Positions 27,344 through 37,568 of a DNA stretch of 64,000 bases are shown one piece after another. Made by a program: the position numbers and the translations under genes. Source of the DNA: Chloroflexota bacterium (lineage in GTDB: Bacteria; Chloroflexota; Anaerolineae; UBA4142); assembly GCA_016223105.1 (NCBI GenBank), contig JACRPR010000036.1:1729-65728 (forward strand). The letters run 5' to 3'. A model generated the notes under the pieces. That model saw only the letters and a list, made by a program, of their open reading frames with translations. It did no database searches and was not told the origin of the DNA. The stretch's first letter is position 1; the number at the start of each line of letters is the position of its first letter.

Positions 27344-28375
27344 TCATTTCTTTAACAACTCTTCGAGCGTCATTCCTGGTTCGGACGACTTGCCCGCGTA
27401 CATCGAACCGGTAACGCCTTTCGCAAAACGTTCCGCGACCAGTTTCGTCACGTTATCGGGAAGCGAAATGTAACCGACTTCTTGGACAAGTTTCGTCGCG
27501 TTCGCGATGTAAAAGTTGATGAACTCTTTCACTTCGACGCGCTCGGCAGATTTTTTGTTGACGTAGATGAACAGCGGGCGCGAGAGTGGATCGTACACAC
27601 CGGTTTTTACATTGTCAAAAGTTGGCAGATTGCATTTGCCGTCGCCCTTTTTATCCACCGCGACGAGTTTGAGTTTGTCCTTGTTCGCTTCGTAATACGC
27701 GACGCCAAAGTAACCCAGCCCGCCTTCGTTCCTGGTATCGCCGACGCCTTGCACAAGCACGTTGTCATCTTCGCTCGGCGTGAAATCGCCGCGACTCGCT
27801 TTTTCTTTGCCGTTGATCGCTTCGGTGAAATAATCGAACGTGCCGGAATCGGTGCCTGGTCCGTACAGTTTCAACGGCTTGTCCGGGAACGACGCACGAA
27901 TCTGATTCCAATTTGTGATTTTGCCCTGCGCGTCCGGCTCCCACATTTTTTTGAGTTCTGCGACGGTGAGACATTGCGCCCAAGTATTTTTCGGATTCGC
28001 GACAATCGCGAGACCATCGTACGCGACCGGCAATTCGATAAACTCGACGCCGACTTTTTTGCACTGATCAATTTCCGATTGTTTGATTGGGCGCGACGCG
28101 TCGGAAACATCTGTCCAATCACTGGGGCTGTCCGAGCAGAATTTTTTGAATCCGCCGCCGGTGCCGGAAATTCCAACCGGTACTTTGACCTTTGGAAATT
28201 TTTTGCCGAACTCTTCACCAACTGCTTCGGAAATCGGGAACACGGTACTGGAACCGTCAACTTTGATTTTACCGGTTAGCGCGCCGGTTTGCGGTGCAGA
28301 GCTCGCGCCGCCGCACGCCGCGCCAAACGCGGCGACGACAAGCAACGCGACAAGCGCAAACATTTTTTTGAACAT
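27344..28375 (-). CDS. pstS: Phosphate-binding lipoprotein PstS
   Basis: Lipobox AAFGAACGG; [36 protein letters not shown]. Confidence 0.88.
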   Translation of the reverse strand: MFKKMFALVALLVVAAFGAACGGASSAPQTGALTGKIKVDGSSTVFPISEAVGEEFGKKFPKVKVPVGISGTGGGFKKFCSDSPSDWTDVSDASRPIKQSEIDQCKKVGVEFIELPVAYDGLAIVANPKNTWAQCLTVAELKKMWEPDAQGKITNWNQIRASFPDKPLKLYGPGTDSGTFDYFTEAINGKEKASRGDFTPSEDDNVLVQGVGDTRNEGGLGYFGVAYYEANKDKLKLVAVDKKGDGKCNLPTFDNVKTGVYDPLSRPLFIYVNKKSAERVEVKEFINFYIANATKLVQEVGYISLPDNVTKLVAERFAKGVTGSMYAGKSSEPGMTLEELLKK

Positions 28376-28444
28376 GCGTTTTCCTCCTGAAATTAAAATT
28401 CCATCTCAATGGTCAATACCTTCGCCAATTCTTGCGCGAACGAA

Positions 28445-28531
28445 ATTTTTCCCCACGGATACAAGAGAACACGGATATTTCTAATCCTTTTTTCATTTAT
28501 CCGTGTTCCTTTGAATCAGTGGGAAGATTTT
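28445..28531. repeat. Repeat family 2 palindrome
   Basis: ATTTTTCCCCACGGATACAAGAGAACACGGATA..TATCCGTGTTCCTTTGAATCAGTGGGAAGATTTT, upstream of pstS. Confidence 0.8.
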
Positions 28532-28754
28532 GGCAAAGGTATTGAATGGTTCGAGATGAATTTTATCCGGATCATCTTAACCGCGCTTCAAGTTCAGTTA
28601 AAGCCAGCACAAAATTTTGGTTAAGGTTTCTTAAACTCGCGGTGTCCACGAATGTCGAACGAATAACGAACAATCCGTTCCACAAACTTTCAATGCGTTT
28701 GTCCAACTTGCAGTTTGCTCATTGCGCGCTTTCGGTATATGATTGCGCCTACTT

Positions 28755-31700
28755 ATGCAACCGTTTCAAGAACCCCAAGCCATCACGCGCCCGATTGCGT
28801 TCGCGACCTTGATTCTCCTCATCACCGGTTTTATCGGAATTCAGATTCTACCCATTCCACTGGCACAGCGCGTTCCGCTCAACACACTGCTTCTCCTCGC
28901 CGGCATCATTGCGCTCGTGAGTTTACGCTTTCTCGCGCCGCGCCTTCTGCGCGCGCCCAGCGTCGTGCTGGCAACCATTTGCGCGTACGCGCTGATCATC
29001 GCGTACGCGGATTACTTGCTCACCCTGCTCGATCTTTCGCCCTTGTATGTGATCATCATCATCGTCGCCGCGGCGATTACAACGCGCTGGATGGCGCTGG
29101 TGAGCGCGCTCATCGTCGGCGCGATCCAAATGTTTGCCGGGCTGATCGCCGGCGAATCCATCGAACTCGGCTTTGCCTTGCGTTTGATAATTTATCTGCT
29201 CGCGGCATTTCTGATCGCGACCCTTTCCGCCGCGCTGACCGAATATTGGCGGCAAGCCGCGACGCAAGCGGAACAGCAACGCCAAGCCGTGGAACGCCGG
29301 CACGCCGAACTCGAATCGCTCCATCAAATTTCGCAGGCATTTGGAAATTTACATGATGTCGAAGCGACATTTCGCGAGGTAACGGAACGCACGGCGCGTT
29401 TGCTCGGCGCGGAAATTTGTTACTTGCAGCGGTTCGATGAAGTGGGTTCCTATTTATACGGAATGTCGCCGGGTTATGGCTTGAGCGATCAGCAAATCGC
29501 CGAATTGCAATTTCCGGTGGACGCGACGCTCGTCGCAGTGTGGAATGTCGAGCGAGACGATTATTTATTATTGCACAACCTCGCCCTCTTGCCGCCCCAG
29601 GTCGCGGATGCCGCGCGCGCGTTGAACATTCGCGAGTTGGTCGCGGCGCGGCTCGTCATTCGCGGGCGCGCGATGGGTTTAATCGTCGCGGCGAATCGCA
29701 TCGGCGGCGGCGCGTTTGAAGAAAAGGACGGTCGCTTGCTCAGCATCCTCGCGAGTCAAGCCGCGATCGCGGTGGAGAACGCGCGGCTCTATCGCGAAAC
29801 GCAAAATAATTTGGACGATGTAACGCGGCTCTATGCGATCAGCGCGGAATTGTTGGCGCACCTCGATCCCGAAAAAATTCCACACCGCGTCATTCAAGCC
29901 GTCGCCGATGTGCTCCACGCGCCGATCACCACCATCGCGCTCGTGAACGAAACCACCGAGCAACTCGAATTTGCCGCGTCCATCGGCGTGCCCGACCAGG
30001 TTCTGCAAATGTCCTTCCGTCCGAACGGATTGGGCATGAGCGTCGTGCGCGCCGGGCAAGCGCGCTTTATCGAAGACATTCAATCCGAATCAAACGCCAG
30101 CCCCGCGTCGCGCGTGATGAATTATCGCGCGGTCGCGTGCTTGCCGATTCAACACGGCGGCAAACCGATGGGCGCGCTCTACGTCAACTATGCCGACCCG
30201 CACCCCTTTACGCCCATCGAAAAAAATATGCTCGCGACGTTTGCGAACCAAGCCGCCATCGCGTTGGAGAACGCGCGCCTTTGGCGCGCCGAGCAACGCA
30301 AAACAATGGAACTCGCCGCGCTCGCCGACATCAGTCACTCGCTTGCCAAGACCATGGATCCGGAAGAAATGTTCCGCGTGATCGAACACCAGGTGCGCGC
30401 GCATATTCCCGGCGCGGACGCGGGCGCGTTATTGGTGTACGATCCGCAAACCGATATGCTGATCCCACGCGCCGATTTCGGCTTCGACCGCGACCTGATT
30501 CGCCGCGTCGCCCTGCGCCCCGGCGAATCAATGTCGGGGCAGGCATTTCAGTTCAAGCGCGCCATGATTTTTCGCGGGCAGGACGCGATGCGCGCCGCGC
30601 GGCAAACGATGCAACCGGAAAATTTATCGCGCTTTGCGGCGGCATCGCACTATGCCGCGCATCCCCACAGCACGATCTGCGCGCCGTTGTATACCGGGGC
30701 TGAAGCCATCGGCGTCATCGCGCTGAATAATTTTAGATCGGCGGACGGTTTTTCGGATGACGATTTGAAATTGTTGGAGGCAATGGCGGATCGCGCCGCG
30801 GTCGCGATTCACAACGCGCGCTTGTACGCGGAGGAAACCCGCCGCAACGCGCAACTGTCCGTGGTGAACGATCTCGGGCATCGCATTACTTCGATTTTAG
30901 ATCTGAACGAACTCGCGTGGACGTTGACGCATTTAATTCGCACCACATTCGGTTTTCGGTACACGCATCTCTTTACGGTCGTTCCCGCCGCGCGCCAAGT
31001 CATCCTCCTCGCCGGCGCAAGCCCGCGCGCGAGCCGTCTCGCCATCACTGGATTCGCGTTGGAATTCGGGCGCGGGATGGTGGGCTGGGTCGCCGAACAT
31101 GGCGAGTCGCTTCTCGCGAATGATGTCACGCGCGAAGCGCGCTTTATGTTCAACCAGCACGTCGCCGACACGCGCGCGGAACTCGCGGTGCCGTTGAAAA
31201 TCGGCGCGCGCACGATTGGCGTGCTTGACGTGCAAAGCGAACAGCTCAACGCGTTCGATCCCAGTGATGTCGTAACGATGGAAACGCTCGCAAGCCAGAT
31301 CGCGATTGCGATGGAAAACGCGCGCTTGTACGGCGAACTCGAAGAACAGGCGCGGCGCGATAGTTTGACCCAGGTGTACAATCACGGTTATTTCGCGAAA
31401 CGTTTGGCGGAGGAAGTGAGTCACGCGCTCCGCACCGCAAGTTCGCTCGCGTTGATTATGCTCGACATTGATTATTTCAAACCGTACAATGATCGGTACG
31501 GTCATCTGATCGGGGATGCAGTCCTGTGGGAAACGGTGCAGGCGATTCGCGCGCACGTCAAGCAATCCGATTTTGTCGGACGCTGGGGCGGCGAGGAATT
31601 TGGGATCGCGTTGCCCGGCGCGGATCTTGATCAAGCGTGCGCCGTCGCCGAACGGATCCGCGCGACTCTGCGCGCCGCGCAATTGCCGCTCAAGGACGGC

Positions 31701-31874
31701 GCGCCCATCGAGCCGCCGTCGGTGAGTCAAGGGATCGCGATTTGTCCCGCGCACGCGCAAGACACCTGGCAATTGATCGGGCGCGCGGATGCCGCGCTCT
31801 ATCGCGCCAAGTCGCGCGGGCGCGACCAGGTTTGTGTTGCGGATGAAAACGCGCGTGGACATTCTACCGCGTAA
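28755..31874 (+). CDS. Membrane-anchored multi-GAF diguanylate cyclase (GGDEF)
   Basis: N-terminal ~6 TM helices, about four GAF-like repeats (recurring AAIA(L/V/M)ENARLY ends), and a C-terminal GGDEF domain (LDIDYFKPYNDRYGHLIGD, RWGGEEFGI). The ORF opens at TTG 28743; the first ATG is 28755. Confidence 0.85.
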   Translation: MQPFQEPQAITRPIAFATLILLITGFIGIQILPIPLAQRVPLNTLLLLAGIIALVSLRFLAPRLLRAPSVVLATICAYALIIAYADYLLTLLDLSPLYVIIIIVAAAITTRWMALVSALIVGAIQMFAGLIAGESIELGFALRLIIYLLAAFLIATLSAALTEYWRQAATQAEQQRQAVERRHAELESLHQISQAFGNLHDVEATFREVTERTARLLGAEICYLQRFDEVGSYLYGMSPGYGLSDQQIAELQFPVDATLVAVWNVERDDYLLLHNLALLPPQVADAARALNIRELVAARLVIRGRAMGLIVAANRIGGGAFEEKDGRLLSILASQAAIAVENARLYRETQNNLDDVTRLYAISAELLAHLDPEKIPHRVIQAVADVLHAPITTIALVNETTEQLEFAASIGVPDQVLQMSFRPNGLGMSVVRAGQARFIEDIQSESNASPASRVMNYRAVACLPIQHGGKPMGALYVNYADPHPFTPIEKNMLATFANQAAIALENARLWRAEQRKTMELAALADISHSLAKTMDPEEMFRVIEHQVRAHIPGADAGALLVYDPQTDMLIPRADFGFDRDLIRRVALRPGESMSGQAFQFKRAMIFRGQDAMRAARQTMQPENLSRFAAASHYAAHPHSTICAPLYTGAEAIGVIALNNFRSADGFSDDDLKLLEAMADRAAVAIHNARLYAEETRRNAQLSVVNDLGHRITSILDLNELAWTLTHLIRTTFGFRYTHLFTVVPAARQVILLAGASPRASRLAITGFALEFGRGMVGWVAEHGESLLANDVTREARFMFNQHVADTRAELAVPLKIGARTIGVLDVQSEQLNAFDPSDVVTMETLASQIAIAMENARLYGELEEQARRDSLTQVYNHGYFAKRLAEEVSHALRTASSLALIMLDIDYFKPYNDRYGHLIGDAVLWETVQAIRAHVKQSDFVGRWGGEEFGIALPGADLDQACAVAERIRATLRAAQLPLKDGAPIEPPSVSQGIAICPAHAQDTWQLIGRADAALYRAKSRGRDQVCVADENARGHSTA

Positions 31875-31921
31875 AAAATTAAACTCCCGTTTGCTCGAGC
31901 CGACGGGAGTTTCCATTCGCG

Positions 31922-33775
31922 CTACTGAATCTCGATTCGTGCAAGCACAATGCGATCCGCGTTGTTTGGTTGACCCAGGATCACAAGTCGTTGCATCGTG
32001 GCGAGATCATACACACCAATTTCCAATCTATAATCCTGGCTCGGTGCAACTGTCTCTTCAATTGGAATCACAAAATAATCCACGCTTGCTTCACCAGGAC
32101 GCCACGCACTCGTCGGCGCAGTACCATTGCGCGGTTGCTGGTCTACGCCGCCAACTATTTCGCCCTGGGCATTGACGAGATGGGCGAACACAGTGTAATC
32201 GCGATCCATTTTTCGATCCGCGCGCCAATACAATAAAAACACCAATGCTTGCCCGCGCTCGGCAGACGGCGTGAACAAATCATAGCCCTCTAACCGGATC
32301 GCGTCCTCAAAAATCGTCGGTAGCGGCGGCGCGTTCGCGATCCCGCGCGCGCGCTTGAATTGCGCCTCGCTCGATTTGCCCTGAGCATCGAAATAGTACA
32401 CCAATACGTTTTCGTATCGCTCCAGATTCACGCGCTGATTATAACGCGTGCCGGTGATGTGGAGCGCGTTGCCATACTGCAGGGTAAACATCCCCGATAA
32501 ATAATCTTCGCTCGTGGGCGGAGCAATAAAATAAAGAAGCGTGCCGGGTGGAAAGGTCGGATGGTTGCGCGAAATCTCGCGAAAGGGTCCGCGTTCAAAA
32601 CGCGCTTGCGCCGCATACTGATTCGCCGTGTTCGCCACGCCGGGAACATTGAATCCCAGGATCGCGGCGCAGGCGAGACCGGCAAATGCGCCGCGCGCCC
32701 AAGCGGATCGAAAAAATTCCGTGCCGCGTTCGACGATGAGCGCGAGCAAAACCGCCGGCACTACTCCAGCCAAATACAAATGGCGCGCATCAAAAACTTG
32801 CCATTGAAACGAAAGCACATGCAACATTCCGAGGATGGCTTCGATTCCAAAAAACGCGAGCACTCGATTTTTGGTGCGGAGGAGGATGAGCAGGTACGCG
32901 CCGCTCGCCAGCGCGACCCAGATTTGTGGATTCGGAATTTCGATGCGCCACGGCACGATGAGCCAGGACAGGTACGGAATCGCGTTGGTGATGACATGCC
33001 ATCCCAGCGCGGGGCGATACGTTTGATAAAGCGGATTCGCCGGCATAATCAAACGCACAAACGCGAGATAGACCCCGGCAATGAGCGCCAAGCCCAAATA
33101 ACGCCGCACCAGGTCTGTCCATTTGAGCGGCGCGCGCACGATTAGCCGATCCAACAAAAATAATGTCGCGGGCAAGGTGAGCGCGATTTCTTTGGTAAGT
33201 AATCCAAAACCAAATACGATCAGGGTGAGTCGCGCATCGCGCGCCTTGCCGTGGCGCAAATAGCGCGCCCACAACCAGGTCGCCAGCAAATAAAACGTCG
33301 TCGCCAAAACATCCGGCGCGTTGATGAGCATCACCGTGAGACTGTACGCGGGCAGACTCGCGTAGAACAAACCCGCGATCAATGCCAAGCGCGCATTGCG
33401 CGCGATCTGCCAGCAGATCATGCTCACGAGCAACGCGTTCACAAAATGCATCGCGAGATTGACCGCGTGAAACGCCACGGGGTTGAATCCAAATCCCCCA
33501 TAGGTCATCACGTACAGCAGACCCTGGAACGGGCGATACGAATTCAACAAATAGGGACCGAACGGATTCAGCACGGCGGTCAGATAATCTGTCGCGCCCA
33601 GCCGACTCAGCGTGCCAAAATAACTCCAATCATCCGAAATAAAAGTCAGGTTCAGCGCGGGCAAGTATGCCATGATCGTAACCGCCAAAATCGCGACGAT
33701 GCCGACGAGAACGATCGGCGCCGATGGTTTGAAATGGGGTTGCACAGAGTTGCTCATCAGATTCCTAACGCGCAA
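31922..33775 (-). CDS. Polytopic membrane protein, GT-C fold glycosyltransferase-like (ArnT/PMT_2-like) with soluble C-terminal domain
   Basis: More than 10 TM helices, acidic FISDDW in the first loop, ~200-aa non-membrane C-terminus. Family assignment is tentative. Confidence 0.5.
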   Translation of the reverse strand: MRVRNLMSNSVQPHFKPSAPIVLVGIVAILAVTIMAYLPALNLTFISDDWSYFGTLSRLGATDYLTAVLNPFGPYLLNSYRPFQGLLYVMTYGGFGFNPVAFHAVNLAMHFVNALLVSMICWQIARNARLALIAGLFYASLPAYSLTVMLINAPDVLATTFYLLATWLWARYLRHGKARDARLTLIVFGFGLLTKEIALTLPATLFLLDRLIVRAPLKWTDLVRRYLGLALIAGVYLAFVRLIMPANPLYQTYRPALGWHVITNAIPYLSWLIVPWRIEIPNPQIWVALASGAYLLILLRTKNRVLAFFGIEAILGMLHVLSFQWQVFDARHLYLAGVVPAVLLALIVERGTEFFRSAWARGAFAGLACAAILGFNVPGVANTANQYAAQARFERGPFREISRNHPTFPPGTLLYFIAPPTSEDYLSGMFTLQYGNALHITGTRYNQRVNLERYENVLVYYFDAQGKSSEAQFKRARGIANAPPLPTIFEDAIRLEGYDLFTPSAERGQALVFLLYWRADRKMDRDYTVFAHLVNAQGEIVGGVDQQPRNGTAPTSAWRPGEASVDYFVIPIEETVAPSQDYRLEIGVYDLATMQRLVILGQPNNADRIVLARIEIQ

Positions 33776-33805
33776 AATTTTGGTTCAGCGATTTACCGAA
33801 TCACT

Positions 33806-34213
33806 TTACTGTGTTCCGATCAATCGCCGGTGTAGTTTCATCATACACTTGTCCATCACCACTTTTAATCCTGCCGCCTCTGCTGTGCGCGCGGCATCCG
33901 CGTTCACGATCCCTTCTTGCATCCATACGACGCGCGCGCCAATTTGGATCGCCTGCTCCACAATCGGCGGCACATCTTCTGCGCGCCGGAAAATTTGCAC
34001 AACCTCCACTTTTTCCGGGATCGCGCGCAAATCGGGATACGATTTTTCGCCGTTGATTTCGGACACGGTCGGATTGACCGGGATCACGCGATAACCCTGG
34101 GTTGCCAAATACTCGGGCACATAGTACGCCGGTTTTTCAAAACTGGTCGAGTAGCCCACGGTCGCGATGGTGTGAATCGTTTCGAGAATGGTTCGAATTT
34201 CGTCGTCGGTCAT
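33806..34213 (-). CDS. CoA-binding domain protein (YccU/YneT-like)
   Basis: Start ATG 34213 (MTDDEIRTILETIHTIATVGYS); YRVIPVNP, VQIFRRAEDVPPIV, WMQEG. Confidence 0.75.
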   Translation of the reverse strand: MTDDEIRTILETIHTIATVGYSTSFEKPAYYVPEYLATQGYRVIPVNPTVSEINGEKSYPDLRAIPEKVEVVQIFRRAEDVPPIVEQAIQIGARVVWMQEGIVNADAARTAEAAGLKVVMDKCMMKLHRRLIGTQ

Positions 34214-34226
34214 TGTAATCCTTGTT

Positions 34227-34273
34227 GGGCAAATTTCCAATTTGCCGCCATTGGGCAAATTGGAAATTTGCCC
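34227..34273 (-). terminator. 20-bp perfect hairpin immediately after the kinase stop codon
   Basis: GGGCAAATTTCCAATTTGCC-GCCATT-GGGCAAATTGGAAATTTGCCC. No clear U-tract, so it may be a stabiliser or partial terminator. Confidence 0.5.
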
Positions 34274-35664
34274 TACGCGCTCAATTGGATCGGCAGTTCG
34301 ATGTGAAACGTCGTCTCCCCCGGCATCGAGGCGATGCGAATTTGTCCGCGATGTTTTTGAATAATGTTGTACGTGATGTTCAAGCCAAGTCCCGTGCCGA
34401 CGCCTGGCGCTTTCGTCGTAAAAAACGGATCGAAAATGCGCGATTGAATTTCCGGCGGAATGCCCGGACCGTTATCCGTGATTTCGACGACGATACATTT
34501 TTCGTCCTTGCGAAACGTTTTGATTTTGATTTCGCCCGCGCCTTGCATCGCGTCAATCGCATTATCCAAAATGTTCGTCCAGACCTGGTTGAGTTCGCTC
34601 CCATACGCTTCGATGTGTGGCAGATCGGTCGCGTACGCGCGCGTAACCGTAACACCCTGCTTGAGTTTACTGCGTAAAATGACAAGCGTGTTTTCCAAAC
34701 CCTCGTGGATGTCCACCTGTTGAATCGGCGCTTGATCGAGAAACGCGTACGATTTTACCGCCTTGACGATTTCGGAAATCCGCTCCGCGCCCATATTTAC
34801 TTCGGCGAGCAACGCGTAAATGTTGCACCCCACGCACAACCAGCGCGCGACAATCGCAAACTGCGGCGCGGAAAATTCCGCGCGCAATTTTTCGAGATCG
34901 TTCGCATCCCAACCGAACGCGACCAACACCGGCGCAATGTCCCACGCGTCCTCAATCGCGCGATCTTCGAGCCAGGTTTGCATTTCACTTTCGCGATCAC
35001 TGCGCGCGAGCGGCGCGATTTGCGGCGGCGCGGACACGCGCCGGGTCATTTCATCGCGCAACGCGGTAACACGTTCGTTCTGCCGCGCGTCCAAACCGAG
35101 CGCGCCGAGTGTGATCGTGAGCGACTGCCATTCCGCGAGCGCGTCGCGCAGTTGCGCGCTCGAACGGCGCGCCGCCGCCGCTGGGTTATTCAACTCGTGC
35201 GCGAGCCCAGCGGAGAGCGTGCCGAGCGATGCCATCTTTTCATTTTGCCGGATCATTTGCTCAGTGTTCCGCAAACGATTCATCACCGTTCGCAAAATCG
35301 AAAGCGTTGCCGCCGGACGCGTCATCACCAATTCTTCGAAAACTTGTTTGCTGACTTTGAACAACAAACTGTCCACGCGCGCGTGCACCGACGCCGTGCG
35401 CGGGCGATTTTCCAGCACGGACATTTCGCCGAACATTTCGCCGACGCCGCGGATCGCGATCACGATCTCGGTGTTGCCCGCGCGTTTCGTCACTTCAAAC
35501 TCGCCGTCGAGGACGAGAAAAATCGCGTCGCCCGGCGTGCCTTCTTCCATCAAGACCGCGCCTTTGGGGACGGTGATCGTTTCCGCCATTTGCGCGAGCC
35601 AGTCTACATCTTTTTCGGACAAGCCGGCAAAGAGGAGTTGTTGTCGAATCAGTTCTTGGTTCAT
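34273..35664 (-). CDS. Soluble cyclic-nucleotide-binding histidine kinase (cNMP-binding / HisKA / HATPase)
   Basis: Start ATG 35664 (MNQELIRQQLLFAGL). Phosphate-binding cassette FGEMSVLENRPRTASVHA, H-box GLAHELNNPAAA, DNGPGIPPEIQSRIFDPFFTTK..GTGLGL. No TM segment and no adjacent regulator. Confidence 0.82.
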   Translation of the reverse strand: MNQELIRQQLLFAGLSEKDVDWLAQMAETITVPKGAVLMEEGTPGDAIFLVLDGEFEVTKRAGNTEIVIAIRGVGEMFGEMSVLENRPRTASVHARVDSLLFKVSKQVFEELVMTRPAATLSILRTVMNRLRNTEQMIRQNEKMASLGTLSAGLAHELNNPAAAARRSSAQLRDALAEWQSLTITLGALGLDARQNERVTALRDEMTRRVSAPPQIAPLARSDRESEMQTWLEDRAIEDAWDIAPVLVAFGWDANDLEKLRAEFSAPQFAIVARWLCVGCNIYALLAEVNMGAERISEIVKAVKSYAFLDQAPIQQVDIHEGLENTLVILRSKLKQGVTVTRAYATDLPHIEAYGSELNQVWTNILDNAIDAMQGAGEIKIKTFRKDEKCIVVEITDNGPGIPPEIQSRIFDPFFTTKAPGVGTGLGLNITYNIIQKHRGQIRIASMPGETTFHIELPIQLSA

Positions 35665-35724
35665 TTTAGTATGTGGTATTCGGTTTGAGATCGGGTGATT
35701 GTTGCGCCAACGCGTCAAACTGCG

Positions 35725-35795
35725 GCACGGGCTTTCCTGCCCGCATCAGCGGCTTGGATAAGCCGTCCCACAGTTAATTTCAAAACGCTTTCTTA
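35725..35795. repeat. Repeat family 4
   Basis: GCACGGGCTTTCCTGCCCGC-ATCA-GCGGCTTGGATAAGCCG-TCCCACAGTTAATTTCAAAACGCTTTCTTAG. Closely matches 24351-24420. Confidence 0.8.
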
Positions 35796-37538
35796 GCGCA
35801 TGATGAGCGGTAAAAACAGATACCCTGTGTCAGCACCCGGCACGTACTCAACTGCGCCGATCTCGCAGGCAAGTCCGGCAAGTCGTGCCACGCCACGCTG
35901 GTCGGTCGTGATACCGCCGATGCACTGTCCATTGTCAATCGCCTGGCTTGGTGGGAAGAGCATGTGCGTTTGGGTTGCCCCGCCGTTATTCGCCAGTGGG
36001 AGAAGTAGCGGATCGGTGCTGTTCCAATCGCTGGGCTGATTGAAATACGCGGCGCATGAATTGTCACTGGAAAGATTGTATCCGAGTGATGTAACCGTGC
36101 CATTGCAATTGCCATTCGATGAATGGCTAACAATCGTATTTTTCAGGTTGATCGTTCCACCGTTTTTCCAAATGCCGCCGCCCTGAAACGCCGAGTTGCC
36201 CTCGAGCGTTACATGCCGCAGTGTTACGGTCGCGGCACCGACTGGACTCAACCAGATTCCGCCACCGAACCCTCCCGAATTTCCGCTGAACGTTACATTC
36301 GTCATCGTCAGCGTTCCGCCACTCATCCCGACGCCTCCGCCGTGATCGCTGTAATTGTTCATGAACGTAACTCGATCCACAGTGACCGCGCCCGGCGCAA
36401 CTACATCCAGCGCGCCGCCGTAGGTGGCAGAATTTCGGGCGAACGTGCTGTCGGCGATGGTGGTGGGACCTTTCGCAAAGATGCCGCCTCCACCATTGAT
36501 GCCATCGTTATCATCAAAACTGCTATTCGCGACGTTCAGCGTTCCTTCGCTGTAGATAGCGCCACCGAAACCAGAACAGGGTCCGAACGTCGTTCTATTC
36601 TGTGCAAAGACGCTACCAATAACCGTTGCGCTACCGCTCGCCGCGTTGTGAATGGTGTTGCCACAATCGCCGCGACTATTGGCAAGTGTGGCGGACGAGA
36701 GTTCGAGCACTCCATCGCTGTAAATGCTACCGCCGACGCCATTCAGCGAGCGATTGCCAAGCAGGGTGCTATTCTGAATGACCATGCGGACATTGTTGTA
36801 GAGTCCGCCCCCGTCAAGGTTTGCCGTGTTGCTAAAGATCCGGGAATTGGTGATCGTTACCACGCCGGCACTGCCGACACCGCCCACGTCCAGAGTTATG
36901 GCTGTGTTGCTATAAACGAGCGTGTCCGTTAGGATCAGATATTGTCCAAAGTCGCAGATGCCACCACAAGTACGATTGGCGGAGTTGTAGCGGATCGTAC
37001 TGCTTGTAAGCGTCGCGCGACCGGCTGTGTTATTGACGATCGCGCCACCGTCAAGCCCAGAATAACACTTTTCGACGATGGTGTTGTACAAATTGAGCAC
37101 GCCGCCATCATTCAGGATACAACCGCCAATTTCACTGCCGCCCACCGTTCCGTTGCTCAGAGTAATGTTCTGGAGCGTCAGATTGCCGAGGAAATTCCCC
37201 GCCGAAAACACATAGAAGATGCGCGTGTTGTTCGCGCCGCTGAGTGTAATCTTATTTGCGCCGTCAATGATTACACTCTCTCCACCCCCCACCGTCAAAC
37301 CGCCTGGTGTAGTGATGATGATGATCGCGGGGGCGGCACCGCAATTGAACGTGACCAGTCCGCCGCCTGACATCGCGTTAGCAAGCGCCTGCGACGTGCA
37401 AGATTGCGGCGTACCGTTGCCAACGATACCGCCCGCTTGAGTTGGCGATACATTCGTGAGTCCAGACCAAAAGATCAATGCAAATCCAAGCATGAAGGTG
37501 CAACAACGCAGGAGCCAAAGGTAAGGTGTTGCACACAT
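35793..37538 (-). CDS. Secreted right-handed parallel beta-helix repeat protein (Pmp-like GGxI repeats)
   Basis: N-terminal hydrophobic signal; many repeats of GG(A/G)I(Y/W/F)..G.L.(L/I).N(S/T).. ; C-terminal DQRGVAR...CEIGAVEY. Confidence 0.7.
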   Translation of the reverse strand: MCATPYLWLLRCCTFMLGFALIFWSGLTNVSPTQAGGIVGNGTPQSCTSQALANAMSGGGLVTFNCGAAPAIIIITTPGGLTVGGGESVIIDGANKITLSGANNTRIFYVFSAGNFLGNLTLQNITLSNGTVGGSEIGGCILNDGGVLNLYNTIVEKCYSGLDGGAIVNNTAGRATLTSSTIRYNSANRTCGGICDFGQYLILTDTLVYSNTAITLDVGGVGSAGVVTITNSRIFSNTANLDGGGLYNNVRMVIQNSTLLGNRSLNGVGGSIYSDGVLELSSATLANSRGDCGNTIHNAASGSATVIGSVFAQNRTTFGPCSGFGGAIYSEGTLNVANSSFDDNDGINGGGGIFAKGPTTIADSTFARNSATYGGALDVVAPGAVTVDRVTFMNNYSDHGGGVGMSGGTLTMTNVTFSGNSGGFGGGIWLSPVGAATVTLRHVTLEGNSAFQGGGIWKNGGTINLKNTIVSHSSNGNCNGTVTSLGYNLSSDNSCAAYFNQPSDWNSTDPLLLPLANNGGATQTHMLFPPSQAIDNGQCIGGITTDQRGVARLAGLACEIGAVEYVPGADTGYLFLPLIMR

Positions 37539-37568
37539 AGCGATTCCACTTCCAGTTCTAGTACCCGA

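Noticed and set aside
28577-28640. Candidate Pho box: TTAA(C/G/A)-containing direct repeats at roughly 10-11-bp phasing upstream of pstS
   Set aside because: The periodicity is approximate (spacings of 21, 23 and 10 nt). The site is more than 200 nt from the pstS start with a repeat element in between. I have no consensus for this lineage, so it is not reportable as a feature.
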